DNA from: an uncultured Verrucomicrobiae bacterium
GTDB taxonomy: Bacteria; Verrucomicrobiota; Verrucomicrobiia; Opitutales; JABDGR01
Reading direction: 5' to 3'
Length of the DNA: 64,000 bases
Assembly: GCA_963765205.1 (NCBI GenBank)
Contig: CAVXVB010000009.1
Location: 160,001-224,000, forward strand
The translations under genes and the position numbers were made by a program. Each line of letters opens with the position of its first letter. Within the stretch, counting starts at the first letter, position 1. Under the pieces are notes generated by a model. It saw only the letters and a program-made list of their open reading frames with translations. It made no database searches and was not told the DNA's origin. Of this stretch, positions 30,941 to 40,400 are shown piece after piece.

Positions 30941-30955
30941 CCGGGGCGCCCCACG

Positions 30956-32644
30956 ATGAAAGACATTCGCTTCGCCAAGTTTCTCATGCTCGTCAACGGC
31001 GGCGTGCCGCTGGCGCTCCTGGCGTGGGACGCCGCGCACCATCAGCTCGGGGCCAACCCGGTGAATTTCGCGATCCTCACCACCGGCATGTTGACGCTGG
31101 TCTTTTTGATGCTGACGCTGCTGGTGACGCCGATTCGCAAAATCACCGGCTGGAACTCGCTGATTTTCTCGCGGCGCACGTTCGGGCTTTACGCCTTTTT
31201 CTACGGCTGCCTGCATTTCCTCATTTTTTTCGGCCTCAGCCTCGACCATCCGTTCAGCGTCTCGAATGCGTTGTCGGAAATGTTCAAGCGCAAATACCTC
31301 TTCGTGGGCATCACCGCGCTGCTGCTCATGGTGCCGCTGGCGCTGACTTCGAGCAACGCGATGATCAAGCGCCTCGGCGGCCCGCGCTGGCGGGCGCTCC
31401 ACCGGCTCGTTTACGTCGTCGCGATTCTGGGCGTGATTCACTTTTATATGCAAGTGAAGGCCGACGTGCGGCTGCCGCTGGCGTTTGCCGCCGTGCTGGC
31501 GATTCTGCTCGGCTTCCGGCTGGTCGCGCTCCGCCGCCGTCCCCTGCCCGCGCCCGTCGTGGCCCCGCAACCGAAAATCTGGACCGGCTCAATGCGCGTG
31601 GTGCGCATCATTGAGGAAACGCCCGATGTGCGCACGTTCCGCCTCGCTACCACCGATGGCCTTTCGCTCCCGTTTTTTCACCAACCCGGCCAATACTTGG
31701 TGCTCTCGCTGCTGATTGACGGGCAAAAAGTCAACCGCACCTACACCATTTCCTCCTCGCCCACCCAGACCGCCCATTGCGAAATAACGGTCAAGCGCGA
31801 AGAAAACGGCCACGTCTCGCGCCACCTCCATGAGGTGCTTCGCGAAGGCGACGTGGTCAAGGTAACCGCGCCCGCCGGCCGCTTCACCTTCAACGGCACC
31901 CAGGCCAACAGCATTGTGCTGATCGCCGGCGGCGTGGGCATCACGCCGTTGATGGCCATGCTGCGCTACCTGACCGACCAGCGCTGGACGGGCGAAATTC
32001 ATTTTGTTTATTGCGCCAAGACGCCGCGCGACATCATCTTCCGCCGGGAACTTGATGACCTGCAAAAACGTTTTCCCAACCTGCGGCTCGTGGTGACGCT
32101 TACCCGGGCTGAAGGCCACGAGTGGGCGGGATCAACAGGGCGCATCACAGGTGGATTCTTGAAGCAAGCCATCCCCGACCTCGCCCGCCACCCGGTCTAC
32201 ATTTGCGGGCCGGCCGCCATGATGGAGCCGACCATTAAATTGCTGCGCGAGTTGGGCGTGCCGGGCGACCAAATCAAGTCGGAAGCATTCGTCGCCGCGA
32301 AACGCGCGGAAACCGCCGCGCCTGATACCGCCTCGCGGGCAACCGGCGAGTCCGTGTCGCCTCCGCCGACGGGTGACGGGACCAGTCCGGTCTTGACTTT
32401 AAGGCGCTCCAACAAATCCCTTCCCCTGGAGCCGGACAAAACGCTGCTCGAAATATGCGAAGCCTCCGGCGTCAACATCGACTTCGAGTGCCGGTCCGGC
32501 ATTTGCGGCCGGTGCAAAACGAAGCTCTTGGCTGGCTGCGTGACGATGGAGGTGCAGGACGCCCTCGACGATGCGGACCAGTCGAACAACATCATTTTGC
32601 TCTGCCAGGCCAAAGCTGTCGAAGACGTGACCATTGACGCCTGA
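30956..32644 (+). CDS. msrQ: MsrQ heme-binding membrane subunit fused to FNR-type FAD/NAD(P)H oxidoreductase and 2Fe-2S ferredoxin
   Basis: RRTFGLYAFFYGCLH, LALTS, WRALHRLVY...IH (MsrQ); PGQY, RTYTISS, AGGVGITP, YICGP (FNR); CRSGICGRC...LLC (ferredoxin). Confidence 0.92.
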   Translation: MKDIRFAKFLMLVNGGVPLALLAWDAAHHQLGANPVNFAILTTGMLTLVFLMLTLLVTPIRKITGWNSLIFSRRTFGLYAFFYGCLHFLIFFGLSLDHPFSVSNALSEMFKRKYLFVGITALLLMVPLALTSSNAMIKRLGGPRWRALHRLVYVVAILGVIHFYMQVKADVRLPLAFAAVLAILLGFRLVALRRRPLPAPVVAPQPKIWTGSMRVVRIIEETPDVRTFRLATTDGLSLPFFHQPGQYLVLSLLIDGQKVNRTYTISSSPTQTAHCEITVKREENGHVSRHLHEVLREGDVVKVTAPAGRFTFNGTQANSIVLIAGGVGITPLMAMLRYLTDQRWTGEIHFVYCAKTPRDIIFRRELDDLQKRFPNLRLVVTLTRAEGHEWAGSTGRITGGFLKQAIPDLARHPVYICGPAAMMEPTIKLLRELGVPGDQIKSEAFVAAKRAETAAPDTASRATGESVSPPPTGDGTSPVLTLRRSNKSLPLEPDKTLLEICEASGVNIDFECRSGICGRCKTKLLAGCVTMEVQDALDDADQSNNIILLCQAKAVEDVTIDA

Positions 32645-32783
32645 AGCCAGCCCTATCCGACTGGATGGGTTGCTCGGTGATCCAAATCGAAGGGCGGCGT
32701 CAAACCCCTTCCGGGAGCTGGCGGAACTCCTTCGGAATTTCCAAATCCGAAATCCGGAAATCAAAAACGCCCCGCAGTGTCCT

Positions 32784-35474
32784 CTACCGCGCCACGTCGG
32801 CAATGGGTTGCTTCAACATCGAATACACCGGGGGCGGCGCCAGCTCCAGTCCGTCTGTGATCGTGGTGGCGTGCGAGGGGATTTCCACCGTCGCGGACTT
32901 GAGGCCGTCGCGCGTGGCAGTCAGCGTGATGGTGCCGGGGGTGGTTGTTGAGCGGATGGCCACGCGGTTAATCCCGCACTCGGTGTCGAGGTAGAGATTG
33001 TTGGTTGAATCAAGCTGGTCGCTGCAGAAGCCGCCGCGCCAGACGGCCGGACCGTCACACCTAAAGTCCACGCGCGCCTCATCAGTCGGGCAGCGGTTGC
33101 CGTCGGCGTCCACGACTTCAAAGTCCACCAGCACCACATCGGAGCCGTCGGCCTGCAGACCTTGCGGGCCGCTGTGTACGGTGAGTTTAATGGCGGCGGG
33201 CGGCCCGGCGGTCTTGAGTTCCTCTTGGGCGACGACCTGGCCGCCCTTGCTGGCCACGGCCTTGAGCGTACCTGGCTCGAAGGCGACATCGGGGAAGGCA
33301 TAGACGTAACCGGTGTAGCCCATCGTGCGGCCATTCGACGAATCCACCGGGCTGCAGGGGGTCTTTTGCACGCCGAGTGATTTACCGTTCAAGAACAATT
33401 CGACCTGGTCGCAAAGCGTCGCCGCGACATACATGGTCTTCTTTGTGCCCGCCGGATAGGTCCAGTGGCCGAGAATATAGATATCGGGCTGGGTGTTTTG
33501 CATCACGCGCGTGACATAAAACACCGTCTTGGGCAGGCGCACGCCGTCCACCTTGCCGCTGACCCGCAGGACTTCGCTGCCATCCTGGCGGCCGTCGGCG
33601 TCGGAATCCGAGAAGTAAATCGAGGCGTAGGCCGAGAACTTGGAGTGGGTGGGGTCGGAGTTATCAATGCGGTTGGACACGAAATTGGCATAACGCCCGG
33701 CGGCGGCGAGCGCGAAGGTCTCCGCGGTCCAATGGTAGGTGTCCTGGCCCGCCACGGGGTCACGGATGACCGGACCGCCTTTGGGCTTAAAGCCGAAGTG
33801 CGGCGGCGAAAAATCGTCCCAGATGCCGCGCGCCGCCTCGTCGCGGAAGTCCTCGGTTTCGATGATCGGGGCTTGGTCACGATCCGTTGGGCGGTAGGGC
33901 CCGCCGAGCATGACGCCGAAATACTCCGTGGCGGCGATGGCCCCGGGATCATTGATCGAGCGGGCCCCCATAATCCGGCCGCCGTGCGGGTCCCAAGTCT
34001 TGCGCAGATCCACCATCTGCTTCATCTGCTCCGCGGTGATACCGGTATTGCCCGCCTCCCAGAATAAGATGCTCGGGTTGTTGCGGAAGAAAATAATCGA
34101 ATCGCGCATGACCTCCGCGCGTTGGTCCCACTGGCGGCCGGTCACGTCTTTTTCCTTGTCGCCGGCGGGGCACACGATGGCGATGCCGAAGCGGTCGCAC
34201 GCCTCGACGTCGGCCCGCTGCGGGGCGACGTGCATCCAGCGAATGTAATTGCTGTTGCTGGCGCGCACTAGCGCCGCCGTGAAGTCGTGCATCCAGTCGG
34301 GATATGCCCCGCCGAGGCCCGGCCAGTCATTGGCCGAGCGTTGCGCGTAGCCGGTCAGCCACGCAAAATGGCCGTTGAGCCACACGCCCCCGGTGCCCGT
34401 GCCGCCTTTGTATTCGGCTTGGCGGAAGCCCGTCTGCGTCTTGCACACATCCACGATCGTGCCGTCCACACTCAGAATCGAATAAACGTCGTAGAGGTAG
34501 GGGCTGTCCAAGTCCCACAAATGCGCGTTGGCCAGGGTGCCGGTCGCGGTGAATACTTCGCTCTCGCCATCCACCAAATCGGAGGTGTTGCCTTCAAACT
34601 TGGCCCGCACCACCCCGTCGGCATCCACCACGACCGTCGAAAGCGTAATGTTGGCATGGTCGCCGGATTCATCGCGCACTTGGGCCTCGACCGTCACGTC
34701 CGTGGTTTTATTTTTCGCATCCACATGCTGGGGGTAGATATAAATGCCCGTGGTTTGGAGGCCTTCGTAAAGCGGCAGCGTCTGGTAAACTTTGCCTGTG
34801 ACGATAAGCTTGGCGTCGCGGTTGAGGCCGCCGAAATCGGGGTTGAAGTCCTTCGCATTCCACAAGAAGGGAGTGCCGGTGGCTTCTTCTTTGTAGGTGG
34901 TGCGGTTGTCCACTTGGACGGCCAGCACGTTGTCCTGGCCGCCGAATTTGACGAGCTTGCTAATGTCGTAGCCGACAGGCGTCACGCCGTTTTCATAAAG
35001 ACCGATTTGCTGGCCATTCAGAAAGAAACGACCGGCCTGGCGCAGGCCGTCGAATTCGAGAAAAATCTTTTGGCCGTCGGCGCTGGCGGGCAACTTGAAG
35101 TGCTTGCGATACCAGCCAACGCCCAACTTCTCGCTCTGGTCGCCCCCGCCGTGGCTGATATACGCCCGGTAGCTGTCCGTTTCATTCCACGTATGGGGCA
35201 GGCTGACGTTGGCCCACGCCGAGTCGTCGAAATTCGCCGCGTCGGCGCCATTCACGACCCCGCTCTGGTCATCAAACATGAATTTCCAGCCGGGGTTGAA
35301 ATTATAGACTGCACGTGCCGAGGCGGGCGGCGTGAATTTCGCGCCCACCGCGATGCTTTCCACGCTGAAAGGGGTTGCGGCCGTGGCGGTGCCGTGTCCG
35401 GCCAGCAGAGCCGCCAGCAAAGTCAGTGGCCGGGTAAAGAGGGGATGGTTGAAAAACGGGGTTTTAGCGTTCAT
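32784..35474 (-). CDS. Secreted glycoside hydrolase family 2 (beta-galactosidase-like)
   Basis: YNFNPGWKF, VSLPHTWN, GWYRKHF, FLEFDG, RNNPSILFWEAGN, DGVRLPK. Confidence 0.88.
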   Translation of the reverse strand: MNAKTPFFNHPLFTRPLTLLAALLAGHGTATAATPFSVESIAVGAKFTPPASARAVYNFNPGWKFMFDDQSGVVNGADAANFDDSAWANVSLPHTWNETDSYRAYISHGGGDQSEKLGVGWYRKHFKLPASADGQKIFLEFDGLRQAGRFFLNGQQIGLYENGVTPVGYDISKLVKFGGQDNVLAVQVDNRTTYKEEATGTPFLWNAKDFNPDFGGLNRDAKLIVTGKVYQTLPLYEGLQTTGIYIYPQHVDAKNKTTDVTVEAQVRDESGDHANITLSTVVVDADGVVRAKFEGNTSDLVDGESEVFTATGTLANAHLWDLDSPYLYDVYSILSVDGTIVDVCKTQTGFRQAEYKGGTGTGGVWLNGHFAWLTGYAQRSANDWPGLGGAYPDWMHDFTAALVRASNSNYIRWMHVAPQRADVEACDRFGIAIVCPAGDKEKDVTGRQWDQRAEVMRDSIIFFRNNPSILFWEAGNTGITAEQMKQMVDLRKTWDPHGGRIMGARSINDPGAIAATEYFGVMLGGPYRPTDRDQAPIIETEDFRDEAARGIWDDFSPPHFGFKPKGGPVIRDPVAGQDTYHWTAETFALAAAGRYANFVSNRIDNSDPTHSKFSAYASIYFSDSDADGRQDGSEVLRVSGKVDGVRLPKTVFYVTRVMQNTQPDIYILGHWTYPAGTKKTMYVAATLCDQVELFLNGKSLGVQKTPCSPVDSSNGRTMGYTGYVYAFPDVAFEPGTLKAVASKGGQVVAQEELKTAGPPAAIKLTVHSGPQGLQADGSDVVLVDFEVVDADGNRCPTDEARVDFRCDGPAVWRGGFCSDQLDSTNNLYLDTECGINRVAIRSTTTPGTITLTATRDGLKSATVEIPSHATTITDGLELAPPPVYSMLKQPIADVAR

Positions 35475-35712
35475 GGGGTGGGGGACGAATGGGTTTAAGG
35501 TGGGCGCAAAAGGGGGAAAATGCAAATGCAAACACCGAGATAGACAAAGGGCGGCTTGCGCACAAGAGTTTAGTTACGTAAATGAAGACATATTTGCGCA
35601 AAACACCTCACGCCAGGACTTTTGCCATGACAAACCCTTCATCCTAAGCTTGCGCTGGGTTGATTCGGCTGCAAACTTTGCCGTTTCCCCATTTCCCTAC
35701 TTTGTCCTGATT

Positions 35713-36408
35713 ATGAACCCATTGAATACAACTTATTCCCAACCCGCGCCCGCCGGTCCCTCCTTGCGGCGTTTTTTCGCTCTCTTTGCCTGTGCGGCCT
35801 CTCTCGCCCTGGCGGCGTCCGCGTGCTCGAAGGAGAATGCTCCCGCTTCCCCCGCGTCACCCGCCCCGGTGTCCACCCCGGTCGCTCCGGCGGCCGCTGC
35901 GTCCATCCCAGCGACCACGCCGCCCACTTCGGCCAATGTGATTGTCACCTTGGAAACGAACCAAGGCGTCATCAAGCTGAAGCTTTTCCCCGAGGTCGCG
36001 CCCAAAACGTGCGAAAATTTTGTCGGCCTAATTCAAAAAGGTTACTACGACGGACTCATCTTCCATCGGGTCATCGCCGATTTCATGATACAAGGCGGCG
36101 ACCCGACCGGCACGGGCATGGGCGGCACTTCCATTTGGGGGAAGGTCTTCGACAACGAGGTGCGGCCCGATGTGACCTTCGACGCCAAAGGCAAGCTCGC
36201 CATGGCCAATGCGGGCCCGAACACCAACGGCAGCCAGTTTTTCATCACCACTGCCGCTTACCCGAGTTTAAATATGCACTATTCGCTTTTTGGCGAAGTC
36301 ATCAGCGGCCAGGACGTGGTGGACAAAATTGACCATGTCAAAACCGGCCCCGACGACCGCCCATTGGAAAAGCAATATATTATTCACGCCACCGTGGGCC
36401 AAAATTAG
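35713..36408 (+). CDS. Cyclophilin-type peptidyl-prolyl isomerase (lipoprotein-like)
   Basis: FHRVIADFMIQGGDPTGTGMGG, AMANAGPNTNGSQFFIT; N-terminal ASAC and Pro/Ala linker. Confidence 0.93.
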   Translation: MNPLNTTYSQPAPAGPSLRRFFALFACAASLALAASACSKENAPASPASPAPVSTPVAPAAAASIPATTPPTSANVIVTLETNQGVIKLKLFPEVAPKTCENFVGLIQKGYYDGLIFHRVIADFMIQGGDPTGTGMGGTSIWGKVFDNEVRPDVTFDAKGKLAMANAGPNTNGSQFFITTAAYPSLNMHYSLFGEVISGQDVVDKIDHVKTGPDDRPLEKQYIIHATVGQN

Positions 36409-36429
36409 GCAAAGATAAAATACCGTCCC

Positions 36430-37062
36430 ATGAAACTCAAGAAGCCCATCTTGATTTTACTGGCTGTCGCCATCGCGGGAGTCGTCATTTGGTTTTTTAT
36501 GCGGTCCCCGCAGCATCCGGCGACGGCCCCCCGTCCTGTTTCTTTGACGCCCCCCCCTGTGGCATCGCCGCAGGTCGCCCCGCCGATAATTGCCCCTTTG
36601 CTCACTCCGCCCACGCCAAGTCTCGGTGCTCCCCAACTCACTGTCACGCAACCTGTGGCCGCTTTGCCCGCCGTGCCAATTGGCGACCTCCAAACCGATT
36701 TGAAAGCCGTTATCTCGGACATTGCGCGTTTGTGGCGGGCGGGCAAGCGGGCGCAGATGTATCAAACTTACAGCGCGCCGGGCAAAATGGACCCCGTGAT
36801 TCTCAAGGCACTCACCCAAATCGAAGAGGCGTCGGCCGGGCAGCCACTAACCCCCCAAAAACAACTCATTTATGAAAAGTATGCCCAGTGTTACGATGCC
36901 CTCGAAGGCCTGGCCCCCACTTATAATGCCGTCGGCGACGAGGCCACCTACCCATTCACGAGACTCGGATTTGTGGGTGGAGTCGATCAGGCAAGCCAAA
37001 GCAGCATCACTTTTGTCAAAGTCAATGGCAAATGGTATATTAAGCCATTGCCAGGGAACTGA
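36430..37062 (+). CDS. Hypothetical membrane-anchored protein
   Basis: N-terminal TM, Pro-rich linker, C-terminal FVKVNGKWYI. Confidence 0.7.
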   Translation: MKLKKPILILLAVAIAGVVIWFFMRSPQHPATAPRPVSLTPPPVASPQVAPPIIAPLLTPPTPSLGAPQLTVTQPVAALPAVPIGDLQTDLKAVISDIARLWRAGKRAQMYQTYSAPGKMDPVILKALTQIEEASAGQPLTPQKQLIYEKYAQCYDALEGLAPTYNAVGDEATYPFTRLGFVGGVDQASQSSITFVKVNGKWYIKPLPGN

Positions 37063-37475
37063 TTGAGTCGGGGGTGCCTTCCCGATAATCCCTGATAAAT
37101 TACGATGAGCACGGATGGGTGGTAAAAAATCTGCGATAAACGTTTGGGAAATGGCGCTTATTTGACTCCGGTAGTTGTTACAGGTGCTTTTTTGAGCATG
37201 CCAATTTTCTGTATATCTCACCGTTTAGGGTGTTTTTGGGGAGTTAAGCTTTGTGAATTGCCGGGGGGCAGAACGCGGCAACTTTTCCATTTTAGGAGGC
37301 GCAATTGAGTCTGAAATCGGCCATTTTGGGTGGTGAATAACTGTCCGGGGCTTAGCTCTTCATTTTTTAGCAAATTAGGGTGGAATTCTCTTGTGTAATA
37401 ATGTCAAAAGTGTTTCATTCCGGGCGTTTGCCTTTAGCTCATTTTCAAATCCGCTCCACAATTAATTAAATTCCC

Positions 37476-40400
37476 ATGAATAGCTCATTGGTTCTTCACC
37501 GCCTTGCTTGCTGGAAAACTGCCGGAAAAAACTTGCTGCTCGGTGCGGCCCTCTTGCTCCCGGTTTTGGCCCGCGCGCAAGTTCCCGTGCAAACCGGCGG
37601 CAGTATGTCGGTCAATGGCGGTGGTGGCGTCATTAACGGCGACGGCCAATCAGGCTACTTCGTGCAGGCCGGCAGCTTGTCCATCAGCAATGCTACGCTG
37701 GCCAATTTCAATTCGACCGGCGGCAACGGCAGCGGCGGCGGCGCGGGGCTGGGTGGCGCGCTGTTCATCAACAACGGCGGCACCGTTACGCTGAATAACG
37801 TCAATTTCATCTCCGATACGGCCCAAGGCGGCGCGGGCGGCGTCGGCAATGTGGGTGGTTCGCTGAATAATCTGTTCAACAACGGCACGGTGCCCGCGCC
37901 TGCGGCCAGTGGCACCACCCCCACGCAGATATCTTTCACGGATATTGGCGGCACCACCGGTACGGTGGGCCTCAACGGCGCGATCAATTCCTCAGGCGTC
38001 GGCGGCGCTGGCGGCATGGGCGGCAATGGCGGTGCCGGCGGCACCATGAGTACAACGCTGATTTTGTCCGTGACGACCGCGAGCTTGGCACTGGCGGCCG
38101 ATGTGGCGGCAGCGGTGGCTGACTACGCCGACCCTTTTACCTGGCCCCGCACAATTGGTGACACTTTGATTCTCGCCGCTGACGCGGTCGATCTCGCCAA
38201 CCAGGTTACCGCGCTGACCGACTTCGACCAATCCCTCGCCGACGGCCAGATCGGATTGGGCGGCCCGGGCGGCAACGGCGGCAGTGGCGGCATCGGCAGC
38301 GATTTCAATGGTGGTGGCGCGGGTGGCGCGGGCGGGACGGGCGGTGCGGGAGGTTACAACTGGAGTGGCTCCGCCTTCCAAGGCGGCGCCGCGGGTGGTC
38401 CTGGTGGTCCTGGCGGTGCGGGTGGCTTGGGCGGTTTTGGCGCCGGCGGCGGTGTGGGCGGCGCCGGCGGCGTGGGTGGCACGGGCGCCAATTTCACCGG
38501 TTCCCCCGCTATGCCCGCAACGCCTGCGGTCACCATGAATGAAACAACACCCAATTCCTATACCTTGGGCTACATTGACCCGACGACCGGAAACTTTACC
38601 AACATCCAAACTGGACTCAGTTCGGAAGGTTCGATCAGTGGCAACGTCACGCTGAACAACCTGACCATCACCAACAGCAGTGTCGTCTCGGCCTCCGGCC
38701 AGAGCGTAACGGCCGGTGATGGCGGCAACTACACCCTGCAAAATGGCACGGTGGTTCAGCAATACTATGTCTTCATTCCCTCGGTTACATCCACCATCAT
38801 AACCACCCCGGCCATGCCGGCGATTCCCGCCACCGGCCCGGGCCAGGCTGACAATGGCGCCAATGGCACTGGCGGCGCGGGTGGCCTCAGCAGTTTTGGC
38901 GGAGGCACCGGCGCCGCAGGCGCCTCTCCGGGCAATTTATCTTTGGGCGGCAATGGCGGCAATGCGGACGGTGGCGCCATCTTTCTGCGCGCCGGCGGTT
39001 CCCTGACCATCACGGGCAATGCCGTTTTCGATAATAACCAACTCATCGGCGGCCAAGGGCAGGCGGCGGTCGCGGGTTCGGTCCTCGCCGGCAGTGCTGG
39101 GACCACCGCGGGAACCGACCTGTTTATGATGACTGGCTCAAATGTCACGCTCAATCCCGGCCCGGGCAATGTCATCGTGTTTGACGGCAGTTCCGAAGGC
39201 AGTGCCATTGCCGACGACAGCGCAGCCAATGGCCCCTCCACCATTCCCGCCGGCCAGGGCGCGGGCCTGACGGTGGCCAGTGGCCTGGTCATCTTCAACG
39301 GCGTGGACACCTACACGGGCGAAACGAAAATTTTAGGCGGTGTTCTTCAAGCCCAGGATGATTCGGGCATTGATTTCGAAAGCCGCATCAACCTGGCCGG
39401 CGGCCAGCTTCAATCCAACGGTAATTTCACCCGTTATCTCGGCACGAGCAGCACGGATGTCGAGTTCACGGCTTCCGGCGGCTTTGCCGCCGCCGGCGGC
39501 AATTTGACGGTTACCTTGGGCAATGGCCAAACGCCTAACCTGACTTGGGGCCAGGGCAATTTTGTACCCCTCGGCAGTGACTTGCTCTTCGGCTCCACCA
39601 GCGCGGATAGCACCGTCTTCTTCGAGAACAATATCAACCTGGGCGGTGCCACCGACACGATTTTGGTGACGGACAACGGGAATTTCACCGACCCGGCGCA
39701 GATTGACGGCAACATCTCGAACGGCAACCTGACAGTCAATGACGCCTCGCATGATGGCATCCTCATTTTGAACGGAACCAACACCTACACGGGCGACACG
39801 GACATCTATAATGGCACGCTGCGGCTGGGCATCAATGGCTCGATTGCCTCGGGCAGCAATTTGACGGTGGATGGCGCGACGGCGACCTTTGACCTCGGGG
39901 GGAACCACAGTGACACCGTCGGCACGGTGACGTTGGAGGGTGGCGGTAACATCACCGGCACCGGCACCTCGGCGCTGACCAGCACGACCGCCTTCAATCT
40001 GATGAGCGGCACCGTGACGGCCATCCTCGCGGGCTCCGGTATTCCCTTGAACAAGACGACGGGCGGCTTGGTGACGCTCGACAGTGTGAACACCTACACC
40101 GGCGCCACCACCATTTCCGACGGAACTTTGGCCCTGGCCGTGAACAATGCGATCGCCAATGGCAGCAGCGTGACCGTGACGGGCACGTCTTCAGAGTTGG
40201 ACCTGGGCAACACCACCGACACCGTGGGCACCGTGACGCTCGAATCCGGCGGCCTCATCAACGGGACGAGCAACTCGGCGCTGAGCAGCACGACCGCCTT
40301 CGATTTGATGAATGGCACGGTCACGGCGGTTCTCGCCGGCACCTCTCCCTTGAACAAAACCACCGGCGACACGGTGACGCTCTCCGCCGTCAACACCTAC

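Noticed and set aside
37063..37475. Long AT-rich leader upstream of the autotransporter as a riboswitch or ncRNA
   Set aside because: No recognisable aptamer consensus or convincing stems by eye; probably promoter DNA; an Rfam scan would be needed
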